A DNA stretch of 64,000 nt, taken from positions 25,809-89,808 of the forward strand of contig CAVXPY010000050.1 of assembly GCA_963763655.1 (NCBI GenBank), written 5' to 3'. The notes under the pieces were generated by a model. It saw only the letters and a list, made by a program, of their open reading frames with translations. It did no database searches and had not been told where the DNA came from. Numbering within the stretch: the stretch's first letter is position 1; each line of letters starts with the position of its first letter. Position numbers and translations under genes: made by a program. This stretch comes from an uncultured Chloroflexia bacterium. GTDB taxonomy: Bacteria > Chloroflexota > Chloroflexia > Thermomicrobiales > JALYUS01. Positions 48,746-57,636 of this stretch are shown here, piece by piece.

Positions 48746-48878
48746 CCCTAACCCCCCGGCCCCCTTCCCCACAGGGAAGGGGGTGACTCATCGGGAGATT
48801 ATGCCCTGATGCATCGGCCACAGACCTATCGAGGCTCGCTCCCCCTTCCCTGTGGGGAAGGGGGCCGGGGGGTTAGGG
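48746..48878. repeat. ~133-bp double-hairpin element
   Basis: Outer inverted repeat CCCTAACCCCCCGGCCC / GGGCCGGGGGGTTAGGG. Inner hairpins CCCCTTCCCCACAGGGAAGGGGG(TGACTCAT) and CCCCCTTCCCTGTGGGGAAGGGGG. It starts directly after the stop at 48745. Confidence 0.85.
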
Positions 48879-49007
48879 CAGAATCTGAAACTTTCCACCG
48901 CGTGCGGACGTGTTGCAACTGAAAACGGATGATGGCATCAGCGCAGATATGGCCCAATCACTATGCCAATCATGCCGCATGGGTTATTGCATCACATGGA
49001 GGCACCT

Positions 49008-50303
49008 GTGGGAGATCGCGAACGAGTCCAACTGCTTCTCTGGCGGGCCGGGATGGGCGCAACGCCCGCCCAGGTCGATGACGCCACCGCAAAGGGCTAT
49101 GCCGCTGCGGTTGAGGATATTCTGAACTACCCCGATACATTGGCGAGCGCGCCCGACCTGCCTGCCTGGCCCGACCAGCCGAAAGGCAAGTTGAGCGGCG
49201 ACGCGAAGACGCAACTGGCGCAAGAGATCAATCAAGCAAATCAAGGGGGCGTCAAGATCGCGTCCGAGTGGTGGGCGAACCTGATGCGCACCACGAACGC
49301 GCCCTTACAGGAAAACCTGACGCTTTTTTGGCACAACCATTTCGCCACCGCGAACGACAAGGTGCGACGCCCGGCATTCATGCTCCAGCAGAACCAGTTG
49401 TTTCGGGCGCAGGGCGCGGGCAAGTTCGTCGATCTGCTCATCGCCGTCTCGAAGGACCCCGCGATGCTGCACTGGCTCGATGGCCGTGAGAATGTCAAAG
49501 GGCACCCGAACGAGAACTGGTCCCGCGAGGTGATGGAACTCTTCACGATGGGGATCGGCAACTATACCGAGCAGGACGTGCGCGAGGCGGCGCGTGCCTC
49601 CACCGGCTGGACGCTCTCGTACGACGGCGTCGTGAAGTTCGAGCCGAAGCGGTTCGATGACGGACCGAAGACGATCCTCGGGCAGACCGGCACCTTCAAC
49701 ATGGATGACTTCTCACGCTTGCTCGCCGGCAGGCCGGAGACTGCGCACTACCTCAGCAGGAAGCTCTTCCGCTGGTTCGTCGGAGACGATCCCGCCGATG
49801 GCGAGCTCGCACCGATGATCGACGCCTGGAATCAGAACGGTGGCGAGATTCGCGATGTGCTCCGCGCCCTCTTCCTGAGCGACGCCTTCACACCGGAGCG
49901 CGCCGCGACCGCGCATATCAAGAACCCGGCTGCCTGGACGATCGGCGCGATCCGCGGCCTCGAATCAGACGTCACGAACACGCAGATCGTGCAGATGCTG
50001 ACATCGCAAGGGATGCGCCTCTTCTACCCGCCGAATGTCGGCGGCTGGCCGAACGGCCCGGCATGGATCAGCCCGTCGAACCAGGTGCTGCGCTTCAACC
50101 TCGCCAGTGGGGTCGTCGCCAAGAGTGGCAAGCTCAGCGGCACGGCGGATGACGGCTGGCTCGGTGAACTCGCCGACCGCCTCGGCGGCATCCTGATTGC
50201 CGACGATATTCGCGGCAAGTTGATCGCCCTGGGGAGCGCAGCGGATGGCCGCCGCGCTGTCGCCCAGATTATTCTCGCGGGGCCGGGCTTTCAGGCCCGT
50301 TAG
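49008..50303 (+). CDS. DUF1800 domain-containing protein (paralog of 47423..48745)
   Basis: GTG 49008 lies 5 nt after GGAGG and gives VGDRERVQLLLWRAGMGATPAQVD, colinear with the MGEQERERVQLLLWRAGFGATPAQVD start of the paralog. About two-thirds identical along the whole length. Confidence 0.8.
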   Translation: MGDRERVQLLLWRAGMGATPAQVDDATAKGYAAAVEDILNYPDTLASAPDLPAWPDQPKGKLSGDAKTQLAQEINQANQGGVKIASEWWANLMRTTNAPLQENLTLFWHNHFATANDKVRRPAFMLQQNQLFRAQGAGKFVDLLIAVSKDPAMLHWLDGRENVKGHPNENWSREVMELFTMGIGNYTEQDVREAARASTGWTLSYDGVVKFEPKRFDDGPKTILGQTGTFNMDDFSRLLAGRPETAHYLSRKLFRWFVGDDPADGELAPMIDAWNQNGGEIRDVLRALFLSDAFTPERAATAHIKNPAAWTIGAIRGLESDVTNTQIVQMLTSQGMRLFYPPNVGGWPNGPAWISPSNQVLRFNLASGVVAKSGKLSGTADDGWLGELADRLGGILIADDIRGKLIALGSAADGRRAVAQIILAGPGFQAR

Positions 50304-50324
50304 CTCGCCAAAGGAGCACACCGA

Positions 50325-51626
50325 ATGTCAGACCACGAACGCGAACCGTTTATGCCGTCCCGCCGCCAGTTCCTCAAATACGGCGCGGGCAGCGCCCTCG
50401 GTATCGGCCTCGCCGCCAGCGGCATCCCGCTCTTCCGTGGCTTCGCCAATCAAGTCACTGCGGCACCCCTCTACGTCCCGAACCTGACGCCGGGCGTGGG
50501 CATCCCCGCGAATCCCGAGGAGCGCACGCTCGTCGTCCTTCAACTCGGCGGCGGCAATGACGGCCTGAACACCGTTATCCCCTACAAGGACCCAACCTAT
50601 CAGCAGTTGCGCCCGACGATTGGGCAAAAGGTCAGCGATGTCCTGCCGATTACGGACTCGCTCGCCCTGCATCCCGGCCTCAAGCCCCTCCTGGACATCT
50701 ACAATAACGGCAAACTCGCGGTCGTCGAGGGCGTCGAGTATCCGCACCCGAACTACTCGCATTTTCGGTCCACCGAGATCTGGATGACGGCGGACGATCA
50801 GAATGTCGGCTCGCTCGGTTGGATCGGCCACGCGCTCGATCACCTCTCGAACCATCCCGCGCTCGTCGCCGCCTCACTCGGCGTGACGACCCCGCGCGCC
50901 CTCGTCGGCATGCAACCGACGGACATCGCCCTCGGCGGATCGCTGAAGGATTTCGTCTACAAGCCGGTCGGCAAGATCGACCCCGGCGCGGTCTCGGCGA
51001 TCTACGACTATATGAACAGTGTCACCACCTCGGACAACAAATATGCGAAGCTGGTTACCGTGAGCCACTCGATCGCGCAGGAAGCGATGGCGGGCGTCGC
51101 GAAGGTTGCGGTTGGCTACACTCCCTCGGGCGCGTATCCGAAGACGCAACTCGGCGCGGGGCTGCAAACCGTCGCGCAGATGATTCACGGTGGCGTCGGC
51201 GCGCGTGTCCTCTATCTGGCCACCGGTGGGTTCGACACGCACTCCGGCCAGCGCGACACGCACGACCGACTGATGCAGTATCTCGGTGACGGCCTCGGCG
51301 CATTCTGGCAGGACATCACGGCGCACGGCCACGCCGATAACGTCGTCCTGATGACCTTTTCCGAGTTCGGCCGCCGCCCGGCGGAAAACGCCTCGCGTGG
51401 GACGGACCACGGCAGCGCCGCGCCGCTCTTCGTGCTCGGTGGCGGTGTCAAGGGCGGCATCTACGGCGATACACCGAGCCTTACTGATCTCGACAACGGC
51501 AACTTGAAGGTGCAGCAGGACTTCCGCCAGGTCTACGCGGCCATGCTCCAGAACTGGCTCGGCTTCGATCCGGCAGACGTCCTCCCCGGTGGCGCGTATC
51601 AGGCGTTGCCGCTCTTCACCTCCTGA
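50325..51626 (+). CDS. DUF1501 domain-containing protein (sulfatase/alkaline-phosphatase-like fold) with Tat signal
   Basis: RBS AAGGAG. Twin-arginine signal SRRQFLKYGAGSALGIGLAASG. Motifs GGNDGLN, HSGQRDTH, TDHGSAAP. Confidence 0.8.
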   Translation: MSDHEREPFMPSRRQFLKYGAGSALGIGLAASGIPLFRGFANQVTAAPLYVPNLTPGVGIPANPEERTLVVLQLGGGNDGLNTVIPYKDPTYQQLRPTIGQKVSDVLPITDSLALHPGLKPLLDIYNNGKLAVVEGVEYPHPNYSHFRSTEIWMTADDQNVGSLGWIGHALDHLSNHPALVAASLGVTTPRALVGMQPTDIALGGSLKDFVYKPVGKIDPGAVSAIYDYMNSVTTSDNKYAKLVTVSHSIAQEAMAGVAKVAVGYTPSGAYPKTQLGAGLQTVAQMIHGGVGARVLYLATGGFDTHSGQRDTHDRLMQYLGDGLGAFWQDITAHGHADNVVLMTFSEFGRRPAENASRGTDHGSAAPLFVLGGGVKGGIYGDTPSLTDLDNGNLKVQQDFRQVYAAMLQNWLGFDPADVLPGGAYQALPLFTS

Positions 51627-51653
51627 ACCTCGCTCATTCCTCCCCTCTTCCCC

Positions 51654-51680
51654 GGCCCCTGTCCCCACAGGGGCCACTTT
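51654..51680 (+). terminator. stem-loop terminator candidate
   Basis: GGCCCCTGT-CCCC-ACAGGGGCC (9-bp stem) lies 28 nt after the stop at 51626, followed by ACTTTCA. Confidence 0.45.
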
Positions 51681-51813
51681 CATGCCTGAAAATAATGTAC
51701 CAGGTACTTGCCCATCACAAATCAAGATTGCTAAACGCTTAGATTTATAGTTCAGATCAATATAAGACTGACGAAAACAAACGATTCGTGGGTAGGGGAC
51801 TGAAGGGGGAAAG

Positions 51814-53292
51814 ATGTGCGCACGTGTGGTCCTGGTTGTTGCGATGATGATAGGTCTGTTGGTAGCCGCTCCCGTGGCGGCGGCACCGCACAAAGCGGTG
51901 ACGGAAGTGACGATCTCCTCCCTTGTCGCATCTTCCGATGGCAATACGGTCTTCGTTGTCTCCGATGGCGTGCTACTGCGGAGCACGAACGCGAGTGCTC
52001 CGACGCCAACCTGGGTGAATCTTGGCAAGTTCTTCACTCTTCGCGGGGACTCCGAGGACGCAATTACTGTCGGTCTGTCGGCCGCCTTCGCAAGTGACCA
52101 CACGATCTTCGTGATCGGATCGAGTGGGGACATTTTCCGTTCAACCAATGCCAATGCAGCGGCTGGCGCGGTCACTTTTGCCAACGTCGGCAGCCCATTG
52201 CAGTTTCCGTCCGGTACCATTCTCGCGATCTCGCCGAACTATGCGGTGGACCATATCGTCTTTGTGGGGTCCTTTAGTGGCCTTTTTCGCTCCACGGATG
52301 CGAACGCGGCGGCACTCACCTGGACAGAAGTGAGCAATGGCTTACCCAGCGAATTCGTCACCGGCCTTGTACTCTCGCCTTCCTTCGCCACGGACCATGT
52401 GCTCTTCTTCGGCATCAACTACAAAGGTACGAACCTCTATCGGAGTGACAACGCGCAAGCGGCAACGCCCACGTTCCTGCGACTTGACACGGGGCCAGGC
52501 TCCGTCCAGGGAGGTTTGACGATCTCCCCGAATTATGCCGCGGATCACACATTATTCGATAGCTTCTTCTTCCGAGTCACCGCCGCCGACACGAACACAC
52601 CAACGCTCACATTCCTTCTCCCAGCAATCGGAATTATACTATCGCCCACGTTCGCGACGGATCACCTGTGCATTGGAGTAAATCTGTTCCAGGGCACGAA
52701 CTGTGATGGTGCAGCAGCCTTCAACCCTCCTGCGCCAAGCCCTCTCGATCTCCTCCAAATTCTGAATCTCATCTGGCCGACAGGTACGGTGGCGTTCATT
52801 GGCACGCAGGGTGGCGGGCTCTGGCGTTCCGCGAATATCACCGACCCCGTGCCGACCTACCAGCAGATCCTCTCGCTCAGCAATGCCCCGGCCTTGCCGC
52901 CACCACCCACCCCGACGATCACGAGCATCGACCCTTCCCGCGCACAGGTCGCTGATTATGGCTTCGGGATCATCGTGACCGGCACGAATTTCATCCAGGG
53001 TGTCTCCGTCGGTCAGTTCGGCGGCATCGCACGAACGACCTACGTCAACTCCTCAACGGAGCTCTTTGTCATTCTCAATGCGTCCGACACGCTCCGACCG
53101 GGCACGGGAATCATCACCGTGATGAACACCGGTGGCGGCACCTCCAACGCCATGACCTTGACGCTCATCCTGAAGGAGCCAGCGTTGGGCCGCGCATCCG
53201 ACGCTCCACCGACCGGCTCACTGCCCATCGTGCAAGGGCACGCCCCCGATTCGCCACCCACTGGGCCACCCGCACCCTTGACCGGGCGGTAG
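51814..53292 (+). CDS. secreted repeat protein: beta-propeller-like repeats plus C-terminal IPT/TIG domain
   Basis: Signal peptide MCARVVLVVAMMIGLLVAAPVAAAP. Five to six ~45-aa repeats of the form (L/I)SPxFAxDHxxF..G(L/I)(F/Y)RSxxAxA. IPT-like segment PTITSIDPS..IIVTGTNF..ITVMNTGGGTSNAM. Pro-rich tail ending LTGR. Confidence 0.65.
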   Translation: MCARVVLVVAMMIGLLVAAPVAAAPHKAVTEVTISSLVASSDGNTVFVVSDGVLLRSTNASAPTPTWVNLGKFFTLRGDSEDAITVGLSAAFASDHTIFVIGSSGDIFRSTNANAAAGAVTFANVGSPLQFPSGTILAISPNYAVDHIVFVGSFSGLFRSTDANAAALTWTEVSNGLPSEFVTGLVLSPSFATDHVLFFGINYKGTNLYRSDNAQAATPTFLRLDTGPGSVQGGLTISPNYAADHTLFDSFFFRVTAADTNTPTLTFLLPAIGIILSPTFATDHLCIGVNLFQGTNCDGAAAFNPPAPSPLDLLQILNLIWPTGTVAFIGTQGGGLWRSANITDPVPTYQQILSLSNAPALPPPPTPTITSIDPSRAQVADYGFGIIVTGTNFIQGVSVGQFGGIARTTYVNSSTELFVILNASDTLRPGTGIITVMNTGGGTSNAMTLTLILKEPALGRASDAPPTGSLPIVQGHAPDSPPTGPPAPLTGR

Positions 53293-53482
53293 CGATACCA
53301 ACACCGAAAGAAGATCACATGCCTACCCTGCGGTTCACGCCGTGCGGTAGGCATCTCGTCGTCTCCTGCGGTATCCTCATATCTGTTCGACAACAGAGCA
53401 GTGTGCATGGATGGCCTGGCAGTTCGTATAGGCAGGTGGGCAAATGGGTCGAACAGGACTCAGGCAGTTGAGGCTGTTTTCT

Positions 53483-53549
53483 GGTGGTCGCAGGCTTTCC
53501 AGCCTGCCTCTCCGCCTCGAAAGGGCAGGCTGGAAAGCCTGCGACCACC
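53483..53549. repeat. perfect 26-bp inverted repeat
   Basis: GGTGGTCGCAGGCTTTCCAGCCTGCC (53483-53508) and its exact reverse complement (53524-53549), separated by 15 nt. Confidence 0.9.
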
Positions 53550-53566
53550 GGGTTTCCTCCGTTAAA

Positions 53567-54034
53567 TTGCGCTGGTGGTGGGTCGTCGCAGGTCTCGTGC
53601 TCGTCGGATGCGGCGGCGCTCGTGCGACCGTCGTTCCGTCGCCTCCCCAACCAACCGTGACGCAGGCCCCGAGACCAACGCGCGCGCTCCTTGTCCAGAC
53701 GCCGCTGCCCGGCGCGGTGAGCAGCGCACCATCGGGCACGATTCCTGCCGGTACCACGACCGTCATCAACGTGACCTCCCCCGTCGCGCGGGGCGCAGCG
53801 GGGACGGTCAGCATCCAGACGAGCGCGAAAGCGGTCTGCGCGATCGCCGTCACGGATCAATCCGGCCCGGTTGCCGCGCGCGGCCTCGATCAGAAGGTAG
53901 CGAACGACGCAGGCATTATCTCATGGACATGGACAGTCAGCGCAGATACGATACCGGGGGTTTACCCGATCACCATCCTCTGCGCGACGAATGGTGGATC
54001 GGAGACCGCCACGACGAAAATTGCCGTGACGTAA
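53567..54034 (+). CDS. small secreted lipoprotein, Ig-like/unknown function
   Basis: TTG 53567 would give MRWWWVVAGLVLVGCGG (lipobox LVGC). The rest is Thr/Pro-rich followed by a beta-rich domain. The N-terminal part of ORF 53444.. crosses the 26-bp inverted repeat. Start codon uncertain. Confidence 0.45.
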   Translation: MRWWWVVAGLVLVGCGGARATVVPSPPQPTVTQAPRPTRALLVQTPLPGAVSSAPSGTIPAGTTTVINVTSPVARGAAGTVSIQTSAKAVCAIAVTDQSGPVAARGLDQKVANDAGIISWTWTVSADTIPGVYPITILCATNGGSETATTKIAVT

Positions 54035-54067
54035 TGGCAGCAGGCAGTGCCTGCAAGGAGGGTCCCC

Positions 54068-54226
54068 ATGACACGCGGCAAATATTACTCGGTCGTGATG
54101 CCGATTGCCGGGATTCTCTATGTCATTGTGGGGCTGATCGCTCACCGCAGCATTGTCTGGGTCGTGGGCGCGATGTGCTTCGGGATCATCGCGATCCTCG
54201 GTAACGCGATCACGCAGCCCAAGTAA
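54068..54226 (+). CDS. small two-TM membrane protein (52 aa), below the ORF-track length cutoff
   Basis: AGGAGGG sits 6 nt before ATG 54068. Product: MTRGKYYSVVMPIAGILYVIVGLIAHRSIVWVVGAMCFGIIAILGNAITQPK. Confidence 0.45.
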   Translation: MTRGKYYSVVMPIAGILYVIVGLIAHRSIVWVVGAMCFGIIAILGNAITQPK

Positions 54227-54271
54227 TCGCGACGGGCACCGCTGGCTGACCAGCGAGAGAGGAAGTGTCGT

Positions 54272-55175
54272 GTGGCAGGAAATCGGGAGAAATGGCCCGA
54301 CTTCGACGCATTGGGCGTGCCGAACAATTGGGGCCGTTGGGGTGAAGAGGACGAACGCGGCACCGCAAATATCATGAGCGCGGCGATGGTGCAGGCGGCA
54401 GCGCGGTTGATCGAAACGGGGACCGTCTACTCACTCGCGGCGCCCCTCTCGCCGGACGGCCCCAATCTGCCGAGCCGCCGCCCCACCTGGCACGTCGTGA
54501 CGACGCGCCGCCGCCCGGACGGCGTCCTCTCCGGCGCGGACGATGTCGTGATGATGCACACCCACGGCACGACGCACATCGACGCCCTCTGCCACATCTA
54601 CATGGGCGACACGCTCTACAACGGTCACTCGTCCCACTCAATCTATCCCACTGGCGCGCAGAAATGCGGCATCCAGAATGTCGGCCCGATGGTCGGACGG
54701 GGCATCCTGCTCGATATCGCCGCCTTTCGCGGCGTCGCACATCTCGACGGTGGCGAGGCGATTGAACCGGACGAACTGGACGCCTGTGCGGCGAAGCAGG
54801 GCGTGACGATCCAGCCGGGTGATACGGTTCTCGTCCGTACGGGCTGGTGGCAACTCTTTACGGGCGGCGCGGAAGCCCGGCAGCGTTTCTACGCCTCCGA
54901 ACCGGGCCTCAGTGGCGCGTGCGGGCAGTGGTTCAAGGATCACGACATCGTCTCCCTCGGTGCGGACAACCCGGCGGTCGAGGTCGTGCGCTCCTGGGCG
55001 GAGCCGCTACCGCTCCATCAAGCGGTGATCTGGGGCTGCGGCGGCTATCTGGTCGAATTCCTCGATCTGGAACGCCTCAGCTGCGGACAAGGTCTATCAG
55101 TTCCTCTACGTCGCCACCCCGCTTCGCCTCGAAGGTGGCATCGGCAGCCCGATTGTGCCTCTCGCGATCGTCTAG
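54272..55175 (+). pseudogene. putative cyclase / kynurenine-formamidase-like (PF04199) protein; one frameshift ~55080
   Basis: NNWGRWGEEDERGTANI..HGTTHIDALCH. After ~55080 the conserved C-terminus ADKVYQFLYVATPLRLEGGIGSPIVPLAIV* is in another frame and stops at 55173-55175. Confidence 0.7.
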
Positions 55176-55176
55176 A

Positions 55177-55257
55177 GGAGTAGACAGTAGGCAGTAGACA
55201 GTAGTCAGAGGCGTCTATTCCCATTCTGACTACTGTCTACTGCCTACTGCCTACTCC
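55177..55257. repeat. hairpin of tandem 7-nt units (AGTAGNC), 32-bp stem with a single mismatch
   Basis: GGAGTAGACAGTAGGCAGTAGACAGTAGTCAG-17 nt-CTGACTACTGTCTACTGCCTACTGCCTACTCC. It starts 2 nt after the corrected stop of the cyclase gene. Confidence 0.9.
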
Positions 55258-55339
55258 CCCGTCTGGCACGCATCATGCACACCTTTCCTGTACGGTATGG
55301 AGCATTGGCTCATTGATACCATTGAGAAAGGGATACCGC

Positions 55340-56665
55340 ATGGATCGTGTGAGACAGGCATCGTCTGCAACGACGATTGACTACTTGATTATTGGGGGCG
55401 GCCTCGCGGCGGCGATGGCAGCAGAGGCGATCCGCGAGCGGGGCGTCGGCGGGCGCGTCGTGATCGTCACCGACGACGCCGAACGGCCTTACCATCGCCC
55501 GCCGCTCTCCAAGGAATACCTGCGCGGCGATCAGGAGCGGCGGGAGGTCTTCGTTCATCCCGTGGAGTGGTATGCCGAGCAGGGTGTCGAGTTGATGAAC
55601 GGCGTGCGCGCGACCGGCCTCGATCCCAAACTGCATCAGGTGACACTGGACGACGGACGGACGCTCGAATACAAGAAACTCCTCCTCGCGACCGGCGGCA
55701 CGCCGAAGCACCTCGACATCCCCGGCGCGGACCTCGAAGGCATCCACTATCTCCGCTGGCTGAATGACTCCGAGGCGATCCGTTCCGCCGCCGCAAAGGC
55801 GAAGCACGCGGCGGTGATCGGCGGGAGCTTCATCGGCGTCGAGGTCGCTGCAGCGCTCGTTGGCTACAAGGTGGATACCACGATGATCGTCAAGGGCAAG
55901 ACGATCTGGAGTTCGTTCCTCCCCGAAGAACTCGCGATGTTCTTCCAGCAAACCCTCGCGGATCACGGCGTGAAGTTCGTCACCGAGGATGAGGCGGTGC
56001 GCATTTTGCCGCACTCCGGCCAGATGCACGCCGATCGGGTGGCGACGAAAAAGGGGCATACCGTCGGCGGCGATCTCATCATCGCCGGTGTCGGCATTAC
56101 CTTGAACCGTGAACTCGCGGATGCCGCACTGCTCGACTACGATGCCGAGACGCAGGGCGTGAAGGTGAACGAGTATTTGCAGACGAGCGACCCGGACATT
56201 TACGCGGCGGGTGATATCGCCGCCTTCCCGGACCCGGTCTTCGGCACGCTGCGTATCGAGCACTGGGATACCGCGCTCTCGCAAGGGAAAACGGCGGGCG
56301 CGAATATGGCGGGCGCGAACGAGCCGTACGACCATGTGCAATACTATTTCTCGGACCTCTTCGACCTCGGCATCGAGGTACTCGGTCATCCGAAGCCGGA
56401 TGCACATATCATCGTGCGGGGCAAGATCGAGGATCGCACATTCGCCGCGCTCTATCTCGATGGCTCGCGCGATATCGTGGTCGGCGCACTCACCGTGAAT
56501 CGCCCGCCGGAAGAACTCGATCAGTACCGTGTACTAATCCGGCAGAAGGCATCGCTGCGCGGCTTCCTGCGTGAGGCGGAGCAGAACCCGGACGAAGACC
56601 TGACAGGGCTCGTACCGGACCTCGCAGCCGCGACGGAGATGATGGAGGCCGGTCAGCAAGCGTAA
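55340..56665 (+). CDS. FAD-dependent pyridine nucleotide-disulfide oxidoreductase (ferredoxin reductase/AIF-like)
   Basis: DYLIIGGGLAAAMAAEAIR (FAD GxGxxA), RPPLSKEYL, AAVIGGSFIGVEVAA (NAD GxGxxG), YAAGDIA. Confidence 0.8.
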   Translation: MDRVRQASSATTIDYLIIGGGLAAAMAAEAIRERGVGGRVVIVTDDAERPYHRPPLSKEYLRGDQERREVFVHPVEWYAEQGVELMNGVRATGLDPKLHQVTLDDGRTLEYKKLLLATGGTPKHLDIPGADLEGIHYLRWLNDSEAIRSAAAKAKHAAVIGGSFIGVEVAAALVGYKVDTTMIVKGKTIWSSFLPEELAMFFQQTLADHGVKFVTEDEAVRILPHSGQMHADRVATKKGHTVGGDLIIAGVGITLNRELADAALLDYDAETQGVKVNEYLQTSDPDIYAAGDIAAFPDPVFGTLRIEHWDTALSQGKTAGANMAGANEPYDHVQYYFSDLFDLGIEVLGHPKPDAHIIVRGKIEDRTFAALYLDGSRDIVVGALTVNRPPEELDQYRVLIRQKASLRGFLREAEQNPDEDLTGLVPDLAAATEMMEAGQQA

Positions 56666-56725
56666 TCTCGTGCCCCTCCCCTGACTCCTCCCTGCGTCGG
56701 GAAGGGGCCGGGGGAGAGGTATGGG

Positions 56726-57526
56726 ATGCCCGTTGATAACGCCCTCTACGATACCGAGCCGTGGCGCGATGCTCACGGCTTCCTTTCTACGCTCCACGCC
56801 CTCACACCCGTCCGGTTCGGCTACATGCGCGATGTACTCGTCGATACATTGCGCATCGATCCCGTGGGGAAGCGCGCGCTCGATGTTGGCTGCGGCGGTG
56901 GCTTTCTCGCGGAGGAGTTCGCGAAGCTCGGCTGCGTGGTGACGGGTATCGATCCTTCCGCCCCGACCATCGCACAGGCACACGCGCACGCGAAGGAAGC
57001 CGGCCTGACGATTGAGTACCGCGTCGCGCCCGGTGAGGCGATCCCCTTCGATGATGCGGCGTTCGATATCGTGTATTGCTGCGATGTATTGGAGCATGTG
57101 GACGATCTGGAACGCGTGATTGCGGAGACGGCGCGCGTGCTCAAACCCGGTGGTCTCTACCTTTTCGATACGATTAACCGGACATTCCTCAGCAAACTCA
57201 TCCTCATCAAACTCGCGCAGGAGTGGAAAGCCACGCGGTTCATCACGACCAATCTCCATGATTGGCGGATGTTCATCACCCCACGGGAACTGCGCGCCGC
57301 GATGGCGCGGCACGACCTGGAGAGCCGCGCTATCGTCGGCATCAATCCCCACGGCAATCCCCTTACCGCGCTCCGGGCCCTCCGTCAGGTGCGGCGCGGT
57401 AGGCTCTCGTACGCGGCAATCGGCGAGCGGATACCGATGGCGGTGGGCAGGCGGACGCCCATCCAGTATGCAGGATATGCGATCAAAGCCCCATCACCTG
57501 TACGCACTCGTACCGCAGCATCCTGA
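56726..57526 (+). CDS. class I SAM-dependent methyltransferase, UbiG-like
   Basis: ALDVGCGGGFLAEEFAKLGCVVTGIDPS..FDIVYCCDVLEHV..LKPGGLYLFDTINRT. Confidence 0.7.
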   Translation: MPVDNALYDTEPWRDAHGFLSTLHALTPVRFGYMRDVLVDTLRIDPVGKRALDVGCGGGFLAEEFAKLGCVVTGIDPSAPTIAQAHAHAKEAGLTIEYRVAPGEAIPFDDAAFDIVYCCDVLEHVDDLERVIAETARVLKPGGLYLFDTINRTFLSKLILIKLAQEWKATRFITTNLHDWRMFITPRELRAAMARHDLESRAIVGINPHGNPLTALRALRQVRRGRLSYAAIGERIPMAVGRRTPIQYAGYAIKAPSPVRTRTAAS

Positions 57527-57597
57527 CGCGATCCCTGCTCATGCTAGCCGTGTCGCCCAATTCATGCGATAAATAGGTGAAATAATCTGCTTTTGCT

Positions 57598-57634
57598 CCC
57601 CCTTCCCAATACGGAAGGGGGATTGGGGGGTGAG
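57598..57634. repeat. CCCCCTTCC hairpin family copy whose G-rich tail abuts the hisH start
   Basis: CCCCCTTCC-CAATAC-GGAAGGGGG-ATTGGGGGGTGAG, ending 2 nt before ATG 57637. Confidence 0.75.
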
Positions 57635-57636
57635 AT

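Noticed and set aside
51690-51813. AT-rich stretch upstream of the propeller/IPT gene as a defined promoter
   Set aside because: TTGCTA and TATAGT hexamers are present but only 12 nt apart, so no properly spaced -35/-10 pair could be supported.
53315-53860. 181-aa and 158-aa minus-strand ORFs opposite the lipoprotein gene
   Set aside because: Arg/Gly-rich with no start context or motifs. They overlap the 26-bp inverted repeat and are antisense to a sequence with a clear lipoprotein signal.
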